Positions 1 through 8,328 of a DNA stretch of 32,000 bases are shown piece after piece; position 1 is the stretch's first letter, and every line of letters begins with the position of its first letter. Under the pieces are notes generated by a model. That model was not told the DNA's origin. It saw only the letters and a program-made list of their open reading frames with translations, and ran no database searches. Location of the stretch: contig OW818653.1 of the NCBI GenBank assembly GCA_942492995.1, forward strand, positions 150,001-182,000, written 5' to 3'. The translations under genes were made by a program, and so were the position numbers. The stretch comes from an uncultured Erysipelotrichaceae bacterium (GTDB lineage Bacteria; Bacillota_I; Bacilli_A; Erysipelotrichales; Erysipelotrichaceae).

Positions 1-195
1 AAGTCACTTCTCTCCGCGATTCCTCATCCTGATCCTGATAGTGAGAAAACACGTAAACGTTTTGTGTATGATATGAGCACAATTATTTATAATGATAGCC
101 ATATGGTACAACTAAGTGATACTCATTCTGTATTAACGACAGACAAGGATTTTGAAATGTGGAATAATGGTGATTATTCATTAAGCCTAAAATAA
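1..195 (+). CDS. 3' end of an unidentified CDS (start lies upstream of the window)
   Basis: Frame 1 is open from base 1 to the TAA at 193-195 (...DKDFEMWNNGDYSLSLK*). A hairpin terminator follows directly. The fragment is too short to assign a family. Confidence 0.3.
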   Translation, partial: KSLLSAIPHPDPDSEKTRKRFVYDMSTIIYNDSHMVQLSDTHSVLTTDKDFEMWNNGDYSLSLK

Positions 196-216
196 AGCGA
201 GGATTAAACCTCGCTT
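195..216. terminator. Bidirectional hairpin terminator between convergent genes
   Basis: AAGCGAGG (195-202) pairs with CCTCGCTT (209-216) around a 6-nt loop. T-rich tracts flank it on both strands. The stop codon of the minus-strand gene (204-206) sits in the loop. Confidence 0.55.
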
Positions 217-560
217 GTTTGTTTAGGAACAGAATTCTGTAATTGATTCACTTGTGCTTTTAACACTTCATTCTCTTGGAGTGTTTTTTTATGTTCAGTA
301 ATTAGCGTCTCTTGTTGGACTTTTAAATTACTCACATTCTTCTCTAAATCACGAATGGTCATTCTAGTTTTAAAGCTTCGATATATGCCAAATAGTAATA
401 CTAATCCTGCACCAAGCGCAACCGATAATAATATGACTAAAGAACCAGATAATTGGAAACTCCATAAGAATAACTGTACTGTCATGATGTTTGCGTTAGT
501 TATTGCGAAGATAGCGACAAGAATGGATAAGAGAATAAAGAAGATGAATTGTTTTTGCAT
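204..560 (-). CDS. Small membrane protein, LapA-domain (DUF1049)-like, with a C-terminal coiled-coil tail
   Basis: The product has two hydrophobic helices (FIFFILLSILVAIFAI, LVILLSVALGAGLVLLFGI) followed by a heptad-like Q/E/L/K tail. I prefer the ATG at 558-560 (MQKQF...), which has an AGAGG RBS about 8 nt upstream, over the track start at 608. Confidence 0.6.
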   Translation of the reverse strand: MQKQFIFFILLSILVAIFAITNANIMTVQLFLWSFQLSGSLVILLSVALGAGLVLLFGIYRSFKTRMTIRDLEKNVSNLKVQQETLITEHKKTLQENEVLKAQVNQLQNSVPKQTSEV

Positions 561-614
561 AGTTAAACCTCTAACCATAGTATAGGCTAAATTAACGGAA
601 AATATCAAATTCCA

Positions 615-645
615 TAAAAAAAACTGTTAACGGATGTTAACAGTT
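615..645 (-). terminator. Intrinsic terminator of fba
   Basis: AACTGTTAAC (622-631) pairs with GTTAACAGTT (636-645) around a 4-nt loop. The A-run at 616-623 reads as a T-tract on the minus strand. Confidence 0.7.
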
Positions 646-652
646 AATTAAA

Positions 653-1585
653 TTACTCAGCTTTTCCTTCAGAACCTAATACATTCTTAATCTTGTGTGC
701 AACTAAACCCTTGATGTTAGCACGAGCAGGTTTTAAGTACGTACGTGGATCGAATACATCTGGTTTGTCATTGAAGACTTTACGGATACCAGCTGTAAAT
801 GCTAAACGTAAATCAGAGTCGATGTTAATCTTACATACAGCAGAACGTGCAGCTTGACGTAACATTTCTTCAGGAATACCAATAGCGTCTTGTAAGCTTC
901 CACCGTTTTCTTGAATTTGTTTAACGAATTCTTGAGAAACGCTTGATGCGCCGTGTAGAACGATTGGGAAGTTAGGTAAACGGTTTGAAATTTCTTCTAG
1001 AATATCAAAACGTAATTGTGGATTTTGACCTGGTTTGAATTTGAATGCACCGTGGCTTGTTCCAATTGCGATAGCAAGTGAATCAACACCCGTCTTTGTT
1101 ACGAATTCAACAACGTCATCAGGATTTGTATAACTGTGGTGTTCAACACTAACTTCATCTTCAACACCCGCTAATTGTCCAAGTTCACCTTCAACAGTGA
1201 CACCATGAGCATGAGCGTATTCAACAACTTTCTTAGTCAATGCGATATTATCTTCGAATGATAAATGAGAACCATCGATCATAACAGAAGTAAATCCACT
1301 GTCGATACATGATTTACATAATTCGAATGTATCTCCGTGATCTAAGTGTAAAGCGATAGGAATATTGCTAGTTTCTACTGCAGCTTCCACTAATTTCTTA
1401 AGATAAACTGGATTAGCGTATTCACGAGCTCCCTTTGAAGCTTGTAAAATAACAGGTGACTTCAATTCATTTGCCGCTTCAACGATTGCTTGAACGATTT
1501 CCATGTTATTAACATTGAAAGCACCAATTGCGTAACCGCCTTCGTAGGCTTTTTTAAACATTTCTTTGGTTGATACTAAAGGCAT
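653..1585 (-). CDS. fba: Fructose-1,6-bisphosphate aldolase, class II
   Basis: The 310-aa product has a typical class II FBA N-terminus (MPLVSTKEMFKKA..GYAIGAFNVNN.E) plus LHLDHG and HGASS motifs. An AGGAGG RBS lies upstream. Confidence 0.95.
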   Translation of the reverse strand: MPLVSTKEMFKKAYEGGYAIGAFNVNNMEIVQAIVEAANELKSPVILQASKGAREYANPVYLKKLVEAAVETSNIPIALHLDHGDTFELCKSCIDSGFTSVMIDGSHLSFEDNIALTKKVVEYAHAHGVTVEGELGQLAGVEDEVSVEHHSYTNPDDVVEFVTKTGVDSLAIAIGTSHGAFKFKPGQNPQLRFDILEEISNRLPNFPIVLHGASSVSQEFVKQIQENGGSLQDAIGIPEEMLRQAARSAVCKINIDSDLRLAFTAGIRKVFNDKPDVFDPRTYLKPARANIKGLVAHKIKNVLGSEGKAE

Positions 1586-1662
1586 ATTTTATTTTCCTCC
1601 TGGTCATATTGTAACGCAAATCATTTTTCTTTGATAGTAAAAAACTCTAACGTGCGCACTGA

Positions 1663-1691
1663 TTGTATTATAAACAAAAATTGACTATAAT
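1663..1691 (+). promoter_or_regulatory. SigmaA-type promoter candidate for pduL
   Basis: TTGTAT (1663-1668), a 17-nt spacer, then TATAAT (1686-1691), about 28 nt upstream of the pduL ATG. Confidence 0.45.
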
Positions 1692-1718
1692 GAAAGGGTT
1701 AAAAAGGAGTTTGAAGAA

Positions 1719-2300
1719 ATGAGTAAAGAAAAAGTACTAGTAGAAGTATCCGCACGTCATGTGCATGTAACAAAAGAACATTTAGAAATCCTATTCGGTC
1801 CAGGACACGAATTAACCCCTAAAAAAGATTTATCCCAACCAGGTCAATACGCATCAGCTGAACGTGTTGATTTAGTTGGTCCAAAGACAACTATTAAAGG
1901 TGTTAGTATTTTAGGACCTTGTCGTAATGCATCACAAGTTGAAGTATCGTTATCCGATGCACGTACACTTGGCTTAAGCGCCATGATTCGTGAATCAGGT
2001 AATATCCATGGTACTACAGGAATTGAACTTGTTGGTCCTGCAGGTAGTGTTACACTAACTGAAGGTTTAATCGTCGCAAAACGTCATGTTCATTTAACAC
2101 CAGAGGCGGCAGTTGCACAAGGTGTTACTAACGGACAAGTTGTTAGTGTAAAAGTTGAAACAGCTGAACGTTCAATGACGTTTGGTGATGTCGTTATTCG
2201 TGTCAGTGAGAAGTTCTCACCTGCTATGCATATTGATACGGATGAAGCGAATGCGGCTGCTATTAGCTCCACTGCTTGGGGCGAGATTGTGATAAACTAA
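1719..2300 (+). CDS. pduL: Phosphate propanoyl/acetyl-transferase, PduL type
   Basis: The 193-aa product carries the duplicated PduL signature (VSARHVHV... and VAKRHVHL...). An AAGGAG RBS lies upstream. Confidence 0.9.
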   Translation: MSKEKVLVEVSARHVHVTKEHLEILFGPGHELTPKKDLSQPGQYASAERVDLVGPKTTIKGVSILGPCRNASQVEVSLSDARTLGLSAMIRESGNIHGTTGIELVGPAGSVTLTEGLIVAKRHVHLTPEAAVAQGVTNGQVVSVKVETAERSMTFGDVVIRVSEKFSPAMHIDTDEANAAAISSTAWGEIVIN

Positions 2301-2318
2301 CCGATTATTCGGTTTTTT
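2299..2318 (+). terminator. Hairpin plus T-tract overlapping the pduL stop codon and abutting the ygiQ ATG
   Basis: AACCGA (2299-2304), loop TTAT, TCGGTT (2309-2314), then T residues to 2318. Confidence 0.5.
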
Positions 2319-2319
2319 A

Positions 2320-4197
2320 ATGATGGTAATGCACCCTATAAATAAAAAAGAAATGATGGAAAGAGGCTGGGATACAGTCGATTTCGTCTTGGTTAGCGGA
2401 GATGCGTATGTCGATCATCCGTCTTTTGGCGCAGCCATAATTTCTCGAGTATTAGAAGCACATGGATTTACCGTAGCGATATGTCCACAACCTGACTGGA
2501 AGAAAAATGATGATTTACTTCAATATGGTAAACCTAATTTAGGTTATTTAGTCACATCAGGGAATATCGATTCGATGGTAAATCATTATTCAGTCAATAA
2601 AAAACGTCGTATCAAAGATAATTACACCGATAAAGGGGTAATGGGAAAACGACCTGATCGAGCTACGATTGTCTATAGTCAATGGATACGTAAAGTTATG
2701 CCTAATGTACCAGTCATTATTGGTGGCATTGAAGCGTCATTACGTCGATTATCTCATTATGATTATTGGGATGATACGGTACGTAATTCAATCTTAATGG
2801 ATTCTACAGCTGATCTATTGATTTATGGAATGGCAGAAAATAGTGTTATAGAAGTCGCAGAAGCGATGCGCTCTGGGATTGCGATTGAAGATATTACATA
2901 CGTTCGTGGAACTGTTTGGAAAACTAAGTCACTTGAATTACCAAGTGATGCGATTATGTTGCCACCGTTCTCTGAAACGAAAAAAGATAAAGATAAATTT
3001 AGTGATAGTTTCTTACTCCAATATCGAAATACCGACGCATTTACAGCTAAACCTTTAGTTGAAATGTATGGGAATGTCGCGGTAGTACAGAATAAACCAT
3101 GTTTTGCGCTTAAACAAGAAGAAATGGATTGGGTATATGGATTACCATTTACACGTTTAATTCATCCTTCCTATACAGAAATTCCTGCAATTGAAGAAGT
3201 TCAATTCTCATTAATCAGTAATCGTGGATGTTTTGGATCATGTAATTTCTGTGCACTTACAGCACATCAAGGTCGTATGATAAGCAGTCGTAGTACGGAT
3301 TCATTGGTTGAAGAAGCGAAGAAGATTACAGCAATGGATAACTTTAAAGGGTTTATTCATGATGTCGGTGGTCCAACGGCGAACTTTAATCAAGTATCAT
3401 GTCAGAAACAACTCAAGCTTGGGACATGTCAGTTAAAAGAATGTCTCCATCCGGATCCATGTAAACAACTTGAAGTGAGTCATTCTAATTATTTACATAC
3501 CTTAAGACAATTACGTGCACTTCCTAAAGTGAAGAAAGTATTTGTTCGTTCAGGTATTCGTTATGATTATCTTATGTATGATAAAGATGAGACATTCTTT
3601 AATGAATTGGTTCAATATCATATCTCAGGACAATTAAAAGTTGCGCCAGAACATATATCAGAACGTGTACTTGATTTAATGGGTAAACCAAAACGTCAAT
3701 TATATGAAGCGTTTGTTAATAAGTATGAAAAGAAAAATGAAGAATTTAATAAGAATCAATTCTTAGTTCCATATATGATTTCTTCTCATCCTGGAAGTGA
3801 GTTAAAGGATGCGATTGAGTTAGCGCTTTATCTAAAAAAGATTAAGCATACCCCTCAACAAGTCCAAGATTTCTATCCAACGCCATTTACAGTAAGTACA
3901 TGTATGTACTATACCGAGAAGAATCCATTTACTAAAGAAAAAGTATTTGTGGCTAAGACTTCGAAAGATAAAACACTACAACGTGTATTATTACAGTTTA
4001 CATACCCACAAAACCAAAGTCTTGTGTTTGAAGCATTAAGACAAGCAAATCGATTGGATTTAGTTGGTTTTGGATCACATTGTTTAATTAAACCAATGAA
4101 ATCCAATGCCCATCATGAACGTCGACCTGCAAAACCAGATGAGCGTAAAGTCAGCTCACATAGTACAAATCGATCAAGCGGAAAGAAGAAATCTTAA
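2320..4197 (+). CDS. ygiQ: YgiQ-family (UPF0313) radical SAM protein
   Basis: The 625-aa product has the family N-terminus (GWD..D..LVSGDAYVDHPSFG), a radical SAM CNFCALTAHQG motif and a basic C-terminal tail. The exact start is uncertain (ATGs at 2320, 2323 and 2329) and no clear RBS is visible. Confidence 0.88.
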   Translation: MMVMHPINKKEMMERGWDTVDFVLVSGDAYVDHPSFGAAIISRVLEAHGFTVAICPQPDWKKNDDLLQYGKPNLGYLVTSGNIDSMVNHYSVNKKRRIKDNYTDKGVMGKRPDRATIVYSQWIRKVMPNVPVIIGGIEASLRRLSHYDYWDDTVRNSILMDSTADLLIYGMAENSVIEVAEAMRSGIAIEDITYVRGTVWKTKSLELPSDAIMLPPFSETKKDKDKFSDSFLLQYRNTDAFTAKPLVEMYGNVAVVQNKPCFALKQEEMDWVYGLPFTRLIHPSYTEIPAIEEVQFSLISNRGCFGSCNFCALTAHQGRMISSRSTDSLVEEAKKITAMDNFKGFIHDVGGPTANFNQVSCQKQLKLGTCQLKECLHPDPCKQLEVSHSNYLHTLRQLRALPKVKKVFVRSGIRYDYLMYDKDETFFNELVQYHISGQLKVAPEHISERVLDLMGKPKRQLYEAFVNKYEKKNEEFNKNQFLVPYMISSHPGSELKDAIELALYLKKIKHTPQQVQDFYPTPFTVSTCMYYTEKNPFTKEKVFVAKTSKDKTLQRVLLQFTYPQNQSLVFEALRQANRLDLVGFGSHCLIKPMKSNAHHERRPAKPDERKVSSHSTNRSSGKKKS

Positions 4198-4213
4198 TCC
4201 GCTTTTTCTTTTT
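4177..4213 (+). terminator. Possible intrinsic terminator after ygiQ
   Basis: AGCGGA (4177-4182) pairs with TCCGCT (4198-4203) around a 15-nt loop, followed by TTTTTCTTTTT. The large loop lowers confidence. Confidence 0.45.
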
Positions 4214-4305
4214 ATTTGAATTTTTATGCATATATTTTGTGACATTTACGACTATACGTTAATTGTCCTTTATTTTAAGTGTCTAAAGCTTTAAAATAAA
4301 CATAT

Positions 4306-5211
4306 ATGCGACACATTTTTATTATCAATCCGATGTCGGGAAACCAACATGCGGCAAATTACATTCCTCTAATCGAAGATTATTTTAAAGTACAACCAAT
4401 GGATTACGAGATCCTACTTACTCAATATCCTGGCCACGCAACTGAGTTAGCACGAAAATATACAGAGAAAGACAATGTTTGTGTGTATTCACTAAGTGGT
4501 GATGGGACTGCGAATGAAGTGTTGAATGGATTAAATGAAGGTGTATCACTAGCGATAATACCACTTGGGACAGGGAATGATTTTACCCGGATGTTTCAAA
4601 TTCCAGATATGCCTATTGAAAAGCTTATTATAGAAACGATTGAAGGTAAAGAATGTTTAGTTGATTATGGCATGTCGAATCAACGTAAATTTCTAAATTG
4701 TTCGACGATGGGATTAGATGCGGATATTGGTATACTTGCGCATGAGTTAAAAGTAAAGTATCCATTTATAAAGAGTTTATCGTATGTTTTAGCGATATTT
4801 CCATTACTATTGAAACGTAAACCACTTAAATTTACGATTACATTTGATGATAAAGTATTGCATGTACAATCATTATTAACTGCAGTAATGAATGGTCAAA
4901 ACTATGGTGGTGGATTTACCCCAACACCAATGGCTTCCATTCAAGACGGTTATCTCGATTTATGTGTTATAAATGATACGGGTTTACTCAGAATATTAAC
5001 ACTACTTCCTAAATACAAAGTAGGAAAACATATCCATGAAGATATCGTAACTTTCTATAAAGTTAAACAATTCCATTTATTAAGCGAAGAAACAATTAAT
5101 ACGCAATGTGATGGAGAAGTCTATCCTGAAAAAGAAATAGAATTCAAAATCATGGAAAAAGGGTTAAGATTAAGAGTGCCTAAACGAAGTTTATTGGAGG
5201 AAGCTAAATGA
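4306..5211 (+). CDS. Diacylglycerol/lipid kinase family protein (YegS/BmrU/DagK-like)
   Basis: The 301-aa product starts MRHIFIINPMSG and carries SGDGTANEV and PLGTGNDF motifs. Confidence 0.85.
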   Translation: MRHIFIINPMSGNQHAANYIPLIEDYFKVQPMDYEILLTQYPGHATELARKYTEKDNVCVYSLSGDGTANEVLNGLNEGVSLAIIPLGTGNDFTRMFQIPDMPIEKLIIETIEGKECLVDYGMSNQRKFLNCSTMGLDADIGILAHELKVKYPFIKSLSYVLAIFPLLLKRKPLKFTITFDDKVLHVQSLLTAVMNGQNYGGGFTPTPMASIQDGYLDLCVINDTGLLRILTLLPKYKVGKHIHEDIVTFYKVKQFHLLSEETINTQCDGEVYPEKEIEFKIMEKGLRLRVPKRSLLEEAK

Positions 5212-6056
5212 TCTTAGAAAATGAAACGATTTATTTAAACGTTGATTTACAGGCTGCAGAGATGCATTCATTAATCGATAAAGTAAATGATAAAGAATGG
5301 ATATGGAATGCGAATCCAGAGTTCTGGTCACAACGGAATCCAATCTTATTTCCACTTGTTGGAAATACCTATGATAAGAAACTACATATTGATGGAAAGG
5401 AATACGCTATTGGTAATCATGGATTTACACGACATGCATTATTCACCTGTATTGAACAAACTCCAGAAAAGATTGTCTTACAGCTTAAATCTAATGAAAC
5501 GACATTAAGTCAGTATCCATATGAATTTACTTTAGAAGTTGAATATCGATTAAACCAAGCATCCATAGATATTATCTATCGTATAACCAATGATTCTAAT
5601 CGCGTAATGCCATTCAACTTTGGTTTACATCCAGCATTCTTACATTCGAATAATGGAAGTGATAAAGCAATACCAATCGAATTTCTACAAAAAGAAGATA
5701 ATCTACCTGAATCTATACTACGGGTAGATGGTAATCAATACTTAGATTTTACTGATCAATTCTTTGAAACAACACCAACCCTTGTATTAGATAATGTTAA
5801 ATCAAGTTATGTGAGACTACATGACTTTAATAATTATCTCGATGTAAGTGTGTTTGGATATCGTTGGTTAGCGTTCTGGAAGAAGCCAAAATCTAACTTC
5901 ATTTGTATCGAACCTTGGTATGGTCATGATGATTTTGAACCATTCCATGGTGAATTCAAAGATCGTGAAGGGACATTATTCTTAGATTCTAATAAACAAT
6001 TTACGACATCGTATCAAATAATCCCAAAGGGCAATAAAGGAGAGAAACATGTTTAA
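5208..6056 (+). CDS. Aldose 1-epimerase family protein (LacX-like)
   Basis: The 282-aa product has PILFP.VGN, HGF.R and FGLHPAF motifs typical of mutarotase-fold proteins. Its start overlaps the upstream stop as ATGA. Confidence 0.8.
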   Translation: MILENETIYLNVDLQAAEMHSLIDKVNDKEWIWNANPEFWSQRNPILFPLVGNTYDKKLHIDGKEYAIGNHGFTRHALFTCIEQTPEKIVLQLKSNETTLSQYPYEFTLEVEYRLNQASIDIIYRITNDSNRVMPFNFGLHPAFLHSNNGSDKAIPIEFLQKEDNLPESILRVDGNQYLDFTDQFFETTPTLVLDNVKSSYVRLHDFNNYLDVSVFGYRWLAFWKKPKSNFICIEPWYGHDDFEPFHGEFKDREGTLFLDSNKQFTTSYQIIPKGNKGEKHV

Positions 6057-6774
6057 AGTATTCGTGTTTGATGATTATGAAGGATTAAGTCAAAAAGCAT
6101 TTGAAGTTATGGAAGAGGTTGTTAAACAAGATAAAGTAACGCTTGGTTTAGCTACGGGATCAAGTCCTGTTGGTTTGTACAAACGCTTAGTCGCAGCACA
6201 TAAAGATGGTTTGTCATTCAAAAATGTACAAAGCTTTAACTTAGATGAATATGTTGGATTAAGTAAGAATCATGATCAAAGTTATTATCATTTCATGTTT
6301 GAACATCTATTTAAACATGTTGATTTCAATTTAGACAATGTACATTTACCAAAAGGTGAAGGATCACTTGAAGATGTGGCAGAAGAATATGAAGCAATGT
6401 TAAAACAAAATCCTCAAGATTTACAATTATTAGGAATCGGTTCAAATGGACATATTGGATTTAATGAACCAGGTACAAGCTTTGAATCTACAGTTCATGT
6501 TGTACGTTTAAAAGATGAAACACGTCAAGATAATGCCCGATTCTTTGGATCAATCGATGAAGTACCTCATTTCGCTATAACAATGGGTATTCAAGATATT
6601 TTACGTGCTAAGAAAATATTATTGGTTGCGTCTGGAAAAAATAAAGCGGTTGCGATTAAAGAAATGTTAGAAGGAAAGATTCGTGAAGAAGTTCCTTGTA
6701 CAATCTTACAAAGTCATCCAGATGTGATTGTTGTGTTAGATAAGGAAGCCGCTTCTTTAATTAAGCATGATTAA
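6049..6774 (+). CDS. nagB: Glucosamine-6-phosphate deaminase
   Basis: The 241-aa product has LGLATGSSP, FNLDEYVGL and LGIGSNGHIGFNEPG motifs. It overlaps the upstream gene by 8 nt. Confidence 0.92.
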   Translation: MFKVFVFDDYEGLSQKAFEVMEEVVKQDKVTLGLATGSSPVGLYKRLVAAHKDGLSFKNVQSFNLDEYVGLSKNHDQSYYHFMFEHLFKHVDFNLDNVHLPKGEGSLEDVAEEYEAMLKQNPQDLQLLGIGSNGHIGFNEPGTSFESTVHVVRLKDETRQDNARFFGSIDEVPHFAITMGIQDILRAKKILLVASGKNKAVAIKEMLEGKIREEVPCTILQSHPDVIVVLDKEAASLIKHD

Positions 6775-7648
6775 ATTAATCGTTTCAGATTTAGATGGTA
6801 CACTTTTAACTAAATTTAAATCGGTATCCAAAGAAAACCAACAGGCTCTTATCGAAGCTCAGAACCAAGGATGTATCCTTGCGTTAGCTACAGGTCGTGG
6901 GTATGATAGCACACATCAATTCATACCACTCTTGAAGATGGATCAATACAATGGCTATATGGTTATGAACAATGGCCAACGTTTAATCGATGTTAAATCC
7001 GGTAAAACGACAATTAATGGTTATATTACAATAGAAGATGCGAAACAAGTTTTAGCGTTTGCGCAGAAACATCATTTACAGTTTGTGATGGATGGTGATA
7101 CTGGTTTTGCGTTCTACTCCCCAAAGAATTTAAGAATCTATCGTGATATTTATCGTTTCTTAATTAAAATACTTCCTCATTTCAAACCGATTTTAGGTCG
7201 TATTCATATCTTTAGCTTATTTGGTTTCTTAAAAACGCAAGAAGTTAAAATTATAAATGATGCGAGTGATATCACAACAAATTACGATAAAATTGGATTA
7301 GCGCATACTAAATTAAGTTTAGATAAGAGTTACCAAGAATTAATGGAAGCGTTTGATGAACATTTTGAAGTTATGCGTGTTTCTGATAACTGGATTGATA
7401 TTTGTCCTAAGGGTTTGACAAAACTTGTAGGCATTAAACAAATCATGGAAATTCATGGTATTAATGAAGATGAAGTATTAACGATGGGTGATTCCGATAA
7501 TGATGTGACGATGATATCTGCGTTTCCACATGGCGTTGCGATGGGGAATGCGAATGAACGCATTAAATCTTTAGCGAAATTTACCACAAAGACAAATGCG
7601 GAAAATGGCGTAGCGTATGCGGTAGAGAAGTTCGTTTTAAATAAGTGA
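6767..7648 (+). CDS. Cof-type HAD-IIB phosphatase
   Basis: The 293-aa product has MIKLIVSDLDGTLL, ATGR and GDSDNDV..... GVAMGNA motifs. It overlaps nagB by 8 nt. Confidence 0.88.
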   Translation: MIKLIVSDLDGTLLTKFKSVSKENQQALIEAQNQGCILALATGRGYDSTHQFIPLLKMDQYNGYMVMNNGQRLIDVKSGKTTINGYITIEDAKQVLAFAQKHHLQFVMDGDTGFAFYSPKNLRIYRDIYRFLIKILPHFKPILGRIHIFSLFGFLKTQEVKIINDASDITTNYDKIGLAHTKLSLDKSYQELMEAFDEHFEVMRVSDNWIDICPKGLTKLVGIKQIMEIHGINEDEVLTMGDSDNDVTMISAFPHGVAMGNANERIKSLAKFTTKTNAENGVAYAVEKFVLNK

Positions 7649-7713
7649 GCATATTGAGCGTAAATGATTTAGAATATTGATATACTCAAAGGGATAAAAA
7701 ACGGAGGAACGTA

Positions 7714-8028
7714 ATGAAAACTGTAAATGCGGTAGAATTTGATTCAACAACTAAAAAGGGTGTAGTATTGGTAGATTTCTCAGCTGAATGGTGTGGTCCT
7801 TGTAAGATGATCGCTCCAGTTCTTGAACAATTATCCAAAGAATTAGAAGGCAAAGTTAAAATTATAACTGTCGATGTCGATGTCGAACAAGCTTTAGCTC
7901 AACGTTATAATGTAATGTCTATCCCTACACTATTATTGTTTAAGGATGGCACAGTCGTTGGTCAAGTCGTTGGATTCCAATCCAAGGCAATGTTAGAAAA
8001 ATTTATTCAAAGAGCATACGTAAACTAA
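7714..8028 (+). CDS. trxA: Thioredoxin
   Basis: The 104-aa product has the WCGPCK active site. A GGAGG RBS lies upstream. Confidence 0.95.
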   Translation: MKTVNAVEFDSTTKKGVVLVDFSAEWCGPCKMIAPVLEQLSKELEGKVKIITVDVDVEQALAQRYNVMSIPTLLLFKDGTVVGQVVGFQSKAMLEKFIQRAYVN

Positions 8029-8049
8029 GAAGCGAAAGCTTCTTTTTTT
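8027..8049 (+). terminator. Intrinsic terminator of trxA
   Basis: AAGAAGC (8027-8033), loop GAAA, GCTTCTT (8038-8044), then a T-tract to 8049. Confidence 0.75.
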
Positions 8050-8188
8050 ATAGAAGTTAAATATTTGACGTTAAATGAGATAAATTAATCTCTTTTTTAA
8101 TATATTGAATTTAGTGCAATATTTTTAAAATAGGTATATATTTTAAGTGATTAGAGAACTTGTTAAAAAATGGATTTATGTCTAGGGT

Positions 8189-8216
8189 TTGACTGGTTAA
8201 TTAAGTGTTTTATAAT
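8189..8216 (+). promoter_or_regulatory. SigmaA-type promoter candidate P1 (regulator and pot operon)
   Basis: TTGACT (8189-8194), a 16-nt spacer, then TATAAT (8211-8216). Confidence 0.45.
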
Positions 8217-8241
8217 TCATAAAAATAATTGATTATAAATA

Positions 8242-8269
8242 TTGCATTTGAGAAAAAATGTTTTATAAT
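8242..8269 (+). promoter_or_regulatory. SigmaA-type promoter candidate P2 (regulator and pot operon)
   Basis: TTGCAT (8242-8247), a 16-nt spacer, then TATAAT (8264-8269). Confidence 0.45.
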
Positions 8270-8278
8270 GTACTTTGT

Positions 8279-8317
8279 GTTTAGTATAAAACGCTAAATA
8301 GTTTAGTAAAACTAAAC
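8279..8317 (+). promoter_or_regulatory. Candidate operator pair in the 5' leader of the HTH-cupin regulator
   Basis: There is a perfect palindrome GTTTAGT-AAA-ACTAAAC at 8301-8317. An imperfect copy GTTTAG-N9-CTAAAT lies at 8279-8298. Both sit between P2 and the RBS. Confidence 0.4.
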
Positions 8318-8328
8318 AGAGGAAACTG

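Noticed and set aside
355-585. 76-aa plus-strand ORF antisense to the LapA-like gene
   Set aside because: It is a shadow ORF opposite a better-supported membrane-protein gene, with no RBS.
2090-4106. Antisense ORFs 2090-2272 and 3909-4106
   Set aside because: They lie inside pduL and ygiQ on the opposite strand, and no independent start signals are visible.
5287-5508. 73-aa same-strand alternative-frame ORF inside the aldose-epimerase gene
   Set aside because: The main frame has recognisable family motifs. The alternative frame has none and no RBS.
8077-8098. Second hairpin plus T-tract (GAGAT-AAATTA-ATCTC-TTTTTT) after the trxA terminator, as a possible sRNA 3' end
   Set aside because: The stem is only 5 bp and AT-rich, and no convincing promoter lies between it and the trxA terminator. 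It is probably fortuitous.
8029-8328. Possible riboswitch or T-box in the long AT-rich leaders (also 27207-27502 and 13647-13864)
   Set aside because: I could not find conserved cores of any riboswitch class I know (T-box specifier/T-box sequence, SAM, TPP, FMN, lysine, glycine, preQ1, guanidine). The regions are better explained by promoters and operators. A covariance-model scan would be needed to be sure.
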